DNA of 64,000 bases, taken from the NCBI RefSeq assembly GCF_902652985.1, contig NC_047029.1, positions 32,302,001 through 32,366,000 on the forward strand, written 5' to 3'. The translations under genes and the position numbers were made by a program. This document shows, in pieces, positions 26,059-38,900 of the stretch (position 1 is its first letter; each line of letters starts with the position of its first letter). Source of the DNA: Pecten maximus (lineage: Eukaryota). The notes below the pieces were generated by a model that was given only the letters and a program-made list of their open reading frames with translations, had not been told where the DNA came from and searched no databases.

Positions 26059-29000
26059 ATGGTCACCAAGGTGATCCTGTTTCTTCTTTGCTTCGTGGGT
26101 CGGCTACACTGCGTCAAAATCGTAACCTTCAACACTGGTCTTGCTGACAGCGTGGATTTCTATGCCAGACGGAGAGCTGCGATTATACCGGCTATCCGAA
26201 AAATTGATTTTGACGTCATGTGTCTCCAAGAGGTTTGTAGAACGAAGTTTATAGCTCTACATGAAGAAGTTTATATCGACTTTTCTGATATAAAGCTATC
26301 AATGTATATTTCATTGGCTGGAAACACAAAGAAGAGACAATACGTCTTTAAAGTGAAAAGAATGTCATATTATACCAAATTGGTTATTTCATATTTTTTC
26401 AAAACCCATAATTTGAGGGTAATCATGTAATAACGACTTTTGATCTCTCAGTGACCTTTTCTTTTGTTACGAGCATATTTGAAATCACTGAATTAAAGTT
26501 CCTCGTGTTCAATATCCTGCATATTTATTTTTCCATTATTGATACTTATTGTTTTTCACAGAATAACTTCCATGATACTAATTATTTTTAGGTTTTCTAT
26601 GGAAATGATTTGATCGAAATCGAAGCTAGCCTTGGATCACATACTACTTCGTTGCATATGCCTTTAACACAGGAAAGAGGTAACAACGGCAACAATGAGG
26701 CGCCTTGTGACGCTGCTGCCAGAAAGGGCTCGCTGACATGCATGTTCACACAATGTGCAAATTTGTCTCAAGAAAGATTTATCAATTGTGCCTTTTCAAC
26801 CTGCAGATTGGATTTAGAAAGTCAGTCCTGTATAACATGTTTGACATTAGATGCAAGGCGTATGAAAACAAGGTGTATATTGGACCCAGGTCCGATGAAT
26901 ATCCCTGGTATAATACTACTCAGCAACCGTAAGGTTTTCAGCGTCAAATATGAGTTCTTTGAGGATCCAGATCTCAAACTTTTATTACCTAGGGGATATA
27001 TTTCTGCGGAGGTAAGTTGTTAGTTGATATTAACGTAAATGCGTATCAGAGATTTTCTTTTGAGACTCCAAATAAGGAAACACGTGAAACACCACAAGTG
27101 ATCATCTACTCCTAATGCAATACTTTGTATAGTTCCCTATCACTTCTGTCTACTGCTTTGGTCTGATTAATCGCATTAAATAACGAAATAATGCCCCACG
27201 GTCATGATTTTAGGCAGTGATTGTTCCAATGAATGCTCTAGATTTACTCTCAAATTCACAGGGTCTAACTTGTAAAAAAATCTTTAAATGACTTATCACC
27301 AGGAAGCCTGGGGACATAGGGTCAGTTAGAGTTTTTTTTATATACCCCACTTAATTTTTATTCAAGTAGTTTCCTGATTTCGTTCTCTAAACATGCTTTT
27401 TTTTACTAGTTATCTTTTAATAGTCTTATATCATCTCTATGAACCAGTAACATAAGTTACAATATATTTCCATATAGATTCCTTTTGTGAACTTAAATTT
27501 CAGATTAATCTTCTTTTTTGGGGGGGGGGGGGGGGGGGGGGTACAAAATTTTTTTTTTATTCCCCCAGACATGTCAAACATCGGAGGGCTGCCAAGGTTG
27601 GGGCCTTGGGGTCAGCCCTCAATATAAATCATGTACCCACACAGGGGGCTTTCACTCATCGCACTCGACACACAAATACCACGCACCCAAACTCTAAACA
27701 TTCTGTCAAATAAATTAGTCAGTTACAGTAGAAAATAACAATAATAAATATGATACACGTTTTGTTTTTGTCAATAACAAAACAGTTCATAAATAATTTT
27801 TACTTCATATATACACACCCATNNNNNNNNNNNNNNNNNNNNNNNNNNNNNNNNNNNNNNNNNNNNNNNNNNNNNNNNNNNNNNNNNNNNNNNNNNNNNN
27901 NNNNNNNNNNNNNNNNNNNNNNNNNNNNNNNNNNNNNNNNNNNNNNNNNNNNNNNNNNNNNNNNNNNNNNNNNNNNNNNNNNNNNNNNNNNNNNNNNNNN
28001 NNNNNNNNNNNNNNNNNNNNNNNNNNNNNNNNNNNNNNNNNNNNNNNNNNNNNNNNNNNNNNNNNNNNNNNNNNNNNNNNNNNNNNNNNNNNNNNNNNNN
28101 NNNNNNNNNNNNNNNNNNNNNNNNNNNNNNNNNNNNNNNNNNNNNNNNNNNNNNNNNNNNNNNNNNNNNNNNNNNNNNNNNNNNNNNNNNNNNNNNNNNN
28201 NNNNNNNNNNNNNNNNNNNNNNNNNNNNNNNNNNNNNNNNNNNNNNNNNNNNNNNNNNNNNNNNNNNNNNNNNNNNNNNNNNNNNNNNNNNNNNNNNNNN
28301 NNNNNNNNNNNNNNNNNNNNNNNNNNNNNNNNNNNNNNNNNNNNNNNNNNNNNNNNNNNNNNNNNNNNNNNNNNNNNNNNNNNNNNNNNNNNNNNNNNNN
28401 NNNNNNNNNNNNNNNNNNNNNNNNNNNNNNNNNNNNNNNNNACATAACATAACATGACATACATAACATGACATACATGACATGACATGACATGACATAA
28501 CATGACATAACATAACATGACATACATAACATAACATGACATACATACATAACATAACATAACATGACATGACATAACATAACATGACATACATACATAA
28601 CATAACATAACATGACATAACATAACATAACATAACATGACATACATAACATGGCATAACATACATAGATAACATAACATAACATGACATGACATACATA
28701 CAGAACATGACATACATACATACATAACATAACATAACATAACAATAACATGACATACATAACATGACACGACACGACACGACACGACACGACACGACAC
28801 GACACGACATACATACATACATACATAACATAACATAACATAACATAACATGACATACATATACATAACATATACATAACATACATAACATATACATAAC
28901 ATAACATATACATAACATAACATACATAACATATACATAACATAACATAACATAACACAACACGACATGACATACATATACATAACATACATAACATAAC

Positions 29001-32000
29001 ATATACATNNNNNNNNNNNNNNNNNNNNNNNNNNNNNNNNNNNNNNNNNNNNNNNNNNNNNNNNNNNNNNNNNNNNNNNNNNNNNNNNNNNNNNNNNNNN
29101 NNNNNNNNNNNNNNNNNNNNNNNNNNNNNNNNNNNNNNNNNNNNNNNNNNNNNNNNNNNNNNNNNNNTAACATATACATAACATAACATAACACACACAC
29201 ACACAACTACATAACAAATAAACATAAAATGTAACAACATGGAATATATCACATAAGACGTAACATAAGCATAACATATTTATAACATAAATGTAACATA
29301 ACATAACATATTTACATCCATCTTGACCACTAATATACAAACATAAACACATGCATACATCTTTCTCTCACACGTGTGTGGCACATAAATGTACACAAAA
29401 CTGTTACAGGAACATAGACAAACACAAAGCACAAACATGGAAGATACTGGTGTAGTTGAAAACAGCATTGGTCTCTTCTCGTATTAAATATATATATGAT
29501 ATTTAAATGTACAATAATATATAATATTGCCATATTAATTTTTCCAAGGGAAATTTGAGTAGGGGAATTAAGCTGAAGTATCATTATTACTTTAGAATAC
29601 CTCATATGAGAATAGGAAGATATTCCCTAGTGTCACTCAGCTAGGTGGTAGGATTACAGTACTTATACTACATAGCTATAAGCCATACATAAACTGGCTC
29701 ATAGAGGATTATCGTAATTATACTTAAAAAGCTATAAATTAAACTATACATAAATTGGCTCATACAGGATTACACTAACTATAATATATAGCTATAAACT
29801 AAACATAGACTGGCTCGTAGAGGTTTACAGTAAATATACTATAAACTATACTTTTAAACGGTAAAACATATGTGACCAATACATTAACTGGCTCAGAGAA
29901 GATTACAGTAACGATACTACTGTTTTACACTGTAAATGCACACATTACAAATATGTTTACGGTATTTTGATTTACAAATTAAAAATATGTGACCAAACAT
30001 CCCAAGTCTTTTCAAATTTCTCAGTTTCATCCCTTCTTTGGGCTACAACTTTGTCAATTTCATATATATTTGATAAATACTTGATAAATTCATTTAAAGT
30101 GGGTTTTCTGTTCTGTCTTGAGGTATAATATATAAAAAAAAACTTAGCATGAAACATAATGGTATTAGCAGGAATACAGTTTTGAAATTCCGAAGTTTTA
30201 CCAAATAAAATAAAGTCCTCTTTAATTTCAAAGTTTTGTTCAGTTTTTGAATAAATCCATCTATGTATGTCCTGCCAGGAATTCTGTGATATTTGACATT
30301 CATAAAAAAGGTGCTCTATAGTTTCCTTGCTGTTTTGGCATAAATTACATAATTTACATTGTCTAATTCTAATTACTTTTAGATAGTGGTTGAGCGGAAG
30401 TATTCTTGACATTAGTCTAAAGATGAACCATTGAATACTACTGTCTTTTGTTATTTTAAAAGGGAGAGCATAACTAGCTTTCCAATTAACGTTGGAAAAA
30501 GATGGTGTAATAGAAAGCCTCTTTTTTTGCTATGTTAGTATGATTTTTATTATTAATGAGAATATTGTACATGTCCCTAGTTCCTTTTCTATTTTGCAAT
30601 ATCACATTAATGTGAAATGGTATAAAAGGTTTTTGAATAAATGAATGATGTGGTGTGATATCATTATCTCTCATAAATCTTTTTATTAACTCACAGATGC
30701 TTCTATATTGTAAAAAATTTCCAGTGACAATGTTAAACTTATCTTTAAGTCTACATAACTTAAAAATTCACCATTCGAAATATATCTCCAACATAGACTA
30801 TGTTTTGTAAATACCATTCATTATAGCAAAAATGATCATTATTAATTTTAAAGTTTCTATTATACCAAATTGGCGATTTTAAAAGATCTTCAAAGTTTTT
30901 AATGGTTATCCTTTCTTCTACTTTGGTCCATGCTTCGAAGACATCTCTCCAAAATATGTTTTGGGTCAGTTAGATGCTAGGGAAAATGGTATACCTTTTT
31001 TTTCAAATGAATGTCATTGGGACTACTTTATAGGCTGCATGTGCTATGAAATTCAAACCCTAAAACAAAACAGGAGCTTATACTAATTAGTCAACGGATC
31101 TTGTTTTAAAAATCCTATAACACAAACTTGATACCATCACATTGTCAATATAATATCACAATAAAAATGATGATGATTGTTGAACTCTTCTAACAAATCC
31201 CATGCGACATAGCCAATCATGTAAGATCCCCTGTTTGTGGTTTTTCGGCTTGAGTAGAATTGAAAACCATTTCATACCTGAATTAAGAGCATCTGGTGAC
31301 AAGAGCATTGTGTAAAAGTTGTTTGTTATGCTATCCCGCACGTGAATACAGTATCTATTAACACTGACTCGCGATGCAATGCAATATGGCAGTTGCTTTT
31401 GAGGACAATAAACAGAACCTGCCCTCACTATCCCCAAGAGTACAGCTGACCTATTCTAATTTTCGTTTTTCACTTGTCTCCGCGCAAAGCTGTCTTTTGT
31501 GCATTTGAAACATTTTGTTTCTTATTCGTTTTTAGATTGCTGGTGTTGGGACAGTCATATGTACTCACCAAACTGCCTTCCTGGGTCCTGTCTACCTTGA
31601 GTGTACGTATGAAAATAAATTCTGTAAACGTACATATTTTGGCGGTTATTCAATTTCAGGTTTTATAGCATTGTCAAACTTCGAGTAAATGGTGATTGCG
31701 CTAATATCAGTTTCTGCTTATTGTTTTCTCTTATAAGTGCAGGAGGGGGGGGGGCGTCAATTCATAATTCTGATAGTTTGTGTAAAGCAAGTATGTACTT
31801 AAATTTCAATGGTCATAGATGTAAAAACACGTTATTTAGTTTTCAAAAAAATATTTTTTACAAATTCTGAGTGGCTGAAATAAGGTCACATGACTTCTCG
31901 TAAAACAATATTGATATATCATGCCAGAAATGGTTAATAAACAAAACTGACTGACTGAGATTACTCCCTATTGGCATTTTCAAACAATATCCAATATCTT

Positions 32001-35000
32001 TCACGCATTCAAACTTTGAGAGAGATCATGTTAAGTCAATATAAAAGTTTTATCAAAGGCAGTACAGAATGTCATTGTATAACACGACCGATTTCTACTC
32101 GGCTGTTAAGTTGGCTTGTACCTGGACCTAAAGTCAATAAGTGAAAACTATCGTGTAAACAAAACTTCATCCTTGATAGGTTCATTTTCTCTCTCTGTAC
32201 CACATCCTCGACTACAGAGGCTACGTTTACTTTCTCTCTCTACGCCCAATCTTGGATACTCTAATGGTTACGCTCTCTTTTGTTCGCTGTACCCCTGGAA
32301 TATGACGTGACATAATCGAAGGCACTCGACTAGCTATTTGTATTGGTATCGGGAGAGAAAACCTGAAAAATCCCTAAGGTGATATATTCTGAAGATTATA
32401 GAAGACTGCTAACCGAGATCAAAGCCAGTGATTTTAACGGATTGTTGACCTGAAGAGTATTTTAATGTACAAACAAGGATCACAGTAATCTTTTTTCCTT
32501 TGTTTTTTGTGTTGTTTTTGTTTTGTTTGCTTGTTTGCCTTTTTTCGTAGTTGTTTTTGTTGGTATTTTCACAAAGTTAAGTCAATGATTTTGCCATGGC
32601 ATTCTTGCGGTGTAGAGAGCGAACGTAACCCCTTGAGTATTGAGGATGATGAAACGATAATTTCGGGTCCAAATCGATACAATAGAGTGAATTAGCATCA
32701 CAGCCGACTCATATAGGGAACAACCAACCAATTGAAAAAAATATTTTTGACACATCCCCTGTGTATAGAAAGTTAAGCCAAGGATAAAATGTCTGGCAGT
32801 CACTGATTGGCCAGTATGTTATGAAGTAAGAAAACAGATATGTAGCCTGATAGGTAACTATCAATAAGAAATGTTGATATAAAGTTCGTAAGTCCGATTG
32901 ATCTTTTCTCAAAAGTTCATGTAATAATAATTAACAGGTAAACATTTAAGATTTTTGAGAATTATTACTGCGAAATTCAATTTCAAAATGGCTACCCTGG
33001 AGAAAATTGGAGCTGAAGGACCCAACTTTTTTTTATTAGGTGTTATATGATACCCTAAACGTTTGCTATAAACCATAATTTTCATATTGAATTCAAGAAT
33101 TTGAATGAAAAACTCCAAAACGTTAACACTAAAGTCTATGGGAAAAACAATTGGTTGGTTGGTCCCTATAAGAAGCTATATAATGTAGTTATACATTCAT
33201 AATTTGGCACATATTTAGATATTTTTTATTTCTTATTTAATGTTGTTGTTCCATTGTGTGTGTACAATTGTTTCTTTTGATATATGTTTAGACACTTTAC
33301 GAGAACTGAATATTTACTCAAGTTGGGCGGAGCAAAATTTGGCAGAATCGAAAAAATTGACAGCATTGCCAAAGAGTTTCGGACGATCGGCGGTTATTGT
33401 TGGCGATATCAACTCAAGTCCAAGGATATCTACAGATATCACACCATTGCTCCAGGGTTGGTATCCTCCACCTGTATCCTTATTACTCAAAACATTGTGT
33501 TTATATTTATTATTTTCTTTTCACAACATCTACTGGCATATAAAGGCAGTTTTTGCAAGATAGTAACTCAATATGTGCTCTCAATTTAAATATCATAACG
33601 TGACGTTAGCTTGACATTTCGCAATGTCACATTATGCTGAAAGCTTCCTAATCAATCTTTACCGTTGTCAATTTCATATTCAGCGTATTCGCCGATTTCT
33701 AGACCACGGCCAAGAAGCAGTTAGTTTATTCGCAATGTTCAGCACTTAACTGCTTAACCAAATTCGCAGTTTTTCTTGAGAAAAAAACCCACTTAGATTT
33801 GAAAGTAAATTGAGCAAATATTCCAAACGTTGAGGTGGATACCGTAGTTTATTTCGCCCATAACGTCCTGGGAATAAATGAAATCATGTTATGTCCCGTT
33901 ATATTGTGATACGCAGGGCGACCCACATCTGTCTCATCTTATTACGTGCTAGACACATAATTCTCAAGGATACACATCTGTAGCTTGACTATAGCTTATC
34001 ACAAGTTCATTGTTCACGTACTTATTTAAAGCACCTGGCTACATTTGCATTTTGAAATGAGGCATTAGTGACCAGGTAACGACAGAAATGCGACGATTAA
34101 ACCATTAGAAATGGTAGAAATGGTGCTGTTGTCGAGTGTATTGTTATCAAACATTTTATCATAAAATCATGGTAGTGATTTTCTTCCTTTTTAACATACA
34201 GACGTTTCTATTCTTTTGCATGAAATCGCAACACAAATTGACTGTTTTTTCCCTTTAATATCTAGTTAGCACTTAGGTAGAATATCCAACGGCAAACCTT
34301 TCATATCATCAATGTATTTCAATATGTAAGAAATGATCTGCAAATTCCTAAAAGTATAAACCCGTATCAAGTTGGTGGACTGTCATTTGCTGAATTATAT
34401 TGAAACTACTAACTTAAGTTTGTAGAACATTTACGCAAGATCCTCATTTTTCTCACGCTTAGTAAGATGTCTCCGATTTCACTAATATTAGGTATATAAG
34501 ATACGTACAGTGACAATGTACTTTTTGCTGTGAATTGAAATGTAAATCATCTACAAATTCTAATACTGGAAGGAATATAAAAAAAAATCAGGTTTTGCAA
34601 GTGGCCACAAGAATGATATGTCCAATGATATATGTACTAGGAATAACTATCATTTGACGGCCAGATATGTAAATGCCCAACCTTTAAAGACACTCATTCG
34701 GTTACTTTTGTTTTATACCGGCATACATTCCATTTACAGATTCCTATCAGCATTATATTGACGAAGGATTTACCTCACCTTACGTAGACATAGATGGTCG
34801 GTGTACATTTTGTGCCGATAATCCATTAGCGAATTTGACCACAGGGATAAATTTCCTGTTAGACCACGTGCTCATTAAGACAGGAAGTCACGTGATCAAC
34901 ACTTGCACGCGCTCTTGGCGGACCAATCTTGCAGCAGAGGTGATGTCTTGCTCATTTGAATAATACACAGCATCTTTTTTTAAGAAGTTCTATTCAGAAA

Positions 35001-35381
35001 AACTTTTAGAAAAACACGGATGTCAGTAAACAACAGTTATTTGTTATACTTATATGGATCTTTTATTCGTGTTGTTGTGAATGATTGGATAACATAATTT
35101 AAATCAAAAACTGAAGTTTGTTAAAGCTCCAAGCGTATCTTGTACAATAAATATGATTATCAAACATCAGATATCGTTATGATACTGACGTCACTCTGTC
35201 AACTGTTTGATTTATCATTAATCCATTAAAACATACTTATGTTTTTCAGAGATTCCTGGAGGAAATTATTCCGGGAACTCGACACCCAAAGTCGGACCAC
35301 TTCGCTGTCCGTGTGGATATTGTACCTCTCAGACAGAGGAGAGGAAAACGATATATCAAGGAATCTACTAAGCTCCGCTAA
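26059..35381 (+). CDS. secreted EEP-superfamily protein, copy 2, 385 aa; coding exons 26059-26232, 26592-27011, 31536-31602, 33292-33456, 34740-34939, 35250-35381
   Basis: Same exon lengths (174,420,67,165,200) and phases as copy 1; signal-peptide-like MVTKVILFLLCFVGRLHC; motifs VTFN, CLQEV, CTH, GDIN, LDHVL, SDHF; no stops or frameshifts. Confidence 0.93.
27823..28441. other. assembly gap (N run)
   Basis: Ns. Confidence 1.
28442..29310. repeat. (ACATA/ACATG/ACACG)n penta-/tetranucleotide microsatellite, containing a second gap at 29009-29167
   Basis: Direct. Confidence 0.95.
29650..29925. repeat. degenerate ~60-70-bp tandem repeat (AACTGGCTCATAGAGGATTACAGTAA core) in the LINE 3' UTR
   Basis: Four to five diverged copies of (C/T)TGGCTC...GATTAC. 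Confidence 0.6.
32712..33170. mobile_element. ~455-bp non-autonomous DNA transposon (MITE) in intron 3 of EEP copy 2
   Basis: TATAGGGAACAACCAACCAATTG ... CAATTGGTTGGTTGGTCCCTATA (22/23 inverted match including TA flanks). Confidence 0.85.
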
Positions 35382-35954
35382 TGATCCGGACCTTGACATT
35401 GTCGGTCGCAATGTCCATTCAATTTTTAATGAACATTTCTCCCCAGTCGAACATCTTCCTGAAGGGAATATTCGTAGAGTCATAATTTGTATTGCTTTAC
35501 TTTAAAACTGTTAAAAAGCACATTGTCTGTACTTGGTTTGTATTTTTACTTCTTTCAAACTGGCAATATGATCACATGTCTATTTCTGTTTAAATTCTGT
35601 TAAACACAAAACATGGAAATTATCAGAGAAGCGCCTCAGATCTGATAACTGGACAACCGTCTATAATCGATAACTATATGTTCTCTGTCAATTACGGCTT
35701 TCGATTTCTGTTTCGGGGCTCTGTACAGAAATTGGTTTTAAGTTTCATTACAACTACGAATTCATATAAAGTGCATATTTCATTGATATCTCATGACTGA
35801 AATGTTTACCGCGAAGTCAAAGAATGAATAGTGTACGGTTTGGTAAGACACAAGAATGAATTACAGTATTGATATCAATATGCTTTGCGATGATATCCCA
35901 GACAACTTAACATTCAACAAATAAAACGACAAAGGTGATTATCTAACGTTTCAC

Positions 35955-38900
35955 CTATTTATCCTGATTGGCGTTTAGTAAAGACTTAAAATCCTCTTGG
36001 AAGTTTGTTTTGAACATCCCAAACTCATTGTCTAACTCTACGTCACTTCCGGTTGTGTTTCCGTGCGTGAGACCAGAAATCAATGTACAGCTATCAGTCT
36101 TCTTGTCCACATTGTCCTTAACACTTGTGTTGGAGTTCTTTCTTCCTAATGAACTTTTTGATGGTACTGCCATTGGGGGTTTGCCAATCTGAAAGGCGTG
36201 AACACAATATTAAAACACTGAAATACTTAATCGGAAATTTTGATCTTTTTTTTTTTTTTTTATTATTATTATTTCTTTTACATTATCAAGAGTTCCCTCT
36301 ACATATTATTTTAGAACACACGTAGGTAGAACCTATTACCAATTTGAAGACATCTATTACAAAGGTATTAGGAGTTATATTGCAACATCGATGTTGGAAC
36401 AGATCGTATACGTCAATAGCTGAAATCTGCCTTAACGAAATTGTTTCTTAGTATTTATCTTTTTTTTCTGAATCACAAATCGTCGTGCAAAATATAAGAA
36501 TTAAAAGTTGAATTTTCTGCGCGAAGATCAAGTCGTTTATAAATCAATTTGAAGTGGTCACGAAAGTGTTGAAACTCATTATTCTTTTAAATAAAGAACG
36601 CCAGAATAATTGATGAAGCTCTCTAATCTGAATATGGTTGGGTTCAAAATCAGAATGACAGACGAACCCGTCAACTAACACTTACTTTGTTGTGAGATAA
36701 CAGTCCTCGGCTAAACTGCCCCCTCCGCGCATTCTCCGTTGCCTTTTCCCTGTTGCGAAGACGAAGTTTGTCTAACAAGGTTCTGTGGGAGGGAAAGCCT
36801 TCTATACATTTCACGTCACATTGAAAACAATGTTGACCTTTAGTTGTTAGAAGGACAACGGATTAGAATGTTCACTATACTTATATGTATATGTACAACG
36901 ATGCTTGCGTGGAGAGTAGTGTCTAATCAGGGTTTATGTTTGAACTGATTTAGGAACATGATAAATCATATCATTACAGCTGTATTCCAAACACAATTAA
37001 CAAGTTCAACTGTTACGGTTACCAGGATAGAAAGTATGAAACAGGTTTTTTTTATTTCGTGAAAATTAGGTTTATCATTATGACGAAAATATAGGAGAGA
37101 AAAATATAGTTTACATCACTGGAGCAACTATCGATACGAAATTACAGCAGGCACAGAGGTGGAATCAAAACAAAAGACAAGGCAATCGGGCATTTTGTAA
37201 AATAGTTGTTGCTGATTATTGACCAGGTACTGTAATGTTCCTAAGACAATATACTCAGGAGGAAGGAGAGACACCAACACAAAATTGTATCATCAATGAA
37301 ATTAACACGAATATAGACCTAGCCTAAAATCATTACTCCATAAGGGCACCTGAATATCAAAACAGCATTGAAATTAGTATTTTGATTTTGTATAAACATG
37401 TTGAAATCCAATTATAAAAAATATATTGTAAATAACAAAGTTATATATGTACACAGATGACGGTAAGGGTTTTTTTCCATCACATATTTGAGACATTATC
37501 TTGTGTTATTTGACGTGAAAGATAAGATTAAATAATGGTTCGAATTAACAATTGTAAAAATACATCAGCTTAAAGAGTAACCAACTTGATTAGGTGATTT
37601 CTTCATTTAATGATCTAACTAGCAAGATAAAAAAATTGTTTATTTTTACTTTCAGATTGATATTACTAACACGTATTTCTTACCTCCAGGGTAGTCTATG
37701 ATACCGTCGCTTTTCGAGGTCAAGGTCACCAACTATGTCCAGATTTACTCCGGCCCGGTCCGTTTTCAGCTGTACAAAATCGCAACAAAAACACGTTTGC
37801 TAATCAATAGTCTCAAGGACCTGATATAAATGAATAAGTAAGTTTAAAAAAATTAAGGGATAAAATCTATTAGTGTTGATCCCTGAGAAGGAACAGACCT
37901 TTCAATTTAGTGTAGTGTCTTAGTATGCGAAAGTCATCGTAAAAATATCCGTCCCTGTTAATTAACTTATCACACAACATTTCATGTTCAGTGGAATTTT
38001 GGTTTTATTTAATTTTCTTTTTCTTTAAGTGAACCAAGAAACACTGCAATGGTGATAGCGTGTTTATACGGAAACTCAAACCAGTCAGCAAAGCAGTGAA
38101 AATTATCTTGGAGCTGACTTCCCAGTCTGCCTATATATGTTTGATTTTCATTTAAGGCAAGGGTCCATACCCTCTTTTATGTAAAGTACAAAAGAGTTGT
38201 TCATATTTCATAACATTTGACGAGGAGACATGCAAGTGTTGATAATCTGACGTTGTTAAAGCACTGATGGAACATCACACTTTCTAAAGTCAAGCCGAAC
38301 TCATCATCAAATTTCAGTTGTGATTTTTTATCATCTATTATGTATATTTTAATAACCAAAACGATCAATACTTCGACCTATGCTTAAGTTGTCGGATTAC
38401 GGCACTTTAATAGTTTTATCATGCTGTAATAACACTTTATATATAGGGCACGCTTTTATAGTTGCATCACTCTGTAATAACACTTTATAAGGCACGCTTT
38501 TATAGTTTCATCACGCTGTAATAACACTTTATAGGGCACTCTTTTATAGTTTCATCACAATGTAATAACACTTTATACGGGCACGCCTTTATAGTGTCAT
38601 CACACTGTAAAGACACTTTATACGGTCTAGCCAATCCTTCCACGGCAACGTTTAAGCTGAATATCAAACAGAGAGGTACCAATCAATATACGTAGTTAGA
38701 AACAGAATCCAGAATTTTCCTCACATAGGCAAATGTTCATTTTGAACCAGGACAGAAACCATATCCATGTGTGTTTAACATGACATATTAACGCGGCACT
38801 GCTGATGGTCTTGTCAAAGAAATACCATAATAAAATGATTTTATATACACCAAACATCTAAGGCTGTAAAAAAGAGACACTTTTCAGCAGCTTACATTTT

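Larger units (their letters stand above)
27331..30962 (-). mobile_element. 5'-truncated L1/Tx1-type LINE insertion with 12-bp target-site duplication, in intron 2 of EEP copy 2
   Basis: GGGTCAGTTAGA at 27319-27330 and 30963-30974; minus-strand AATAAA (27357-27362) then A8 tail (27332-27339); ORF2 C-terminus with CCHC zinc knuckle (CNLC...ETIEHLFYEC) at 29972-30412, frameshifted further upstream. Confidence 0.85.

Noticed and set aside
27750-29605. Long Cys/Tyr/Val/Met ORFs
   Set aside because: Microsatellite plus N gaps.
18344-35381. EEP genes as LINE endonuclease remnants or a false haplotype duplication
   Set aside because: They have signal peptides and conserved introns and no RT; introns and later exons are too diverged to be alleles.
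38171-38263. ITAM-like YQHL-x9-YEQL exon on the - strand
   Set aside because: Phase-2 acceptor does not fit the phase-0 donor of the TM exon; the model is complete without it.
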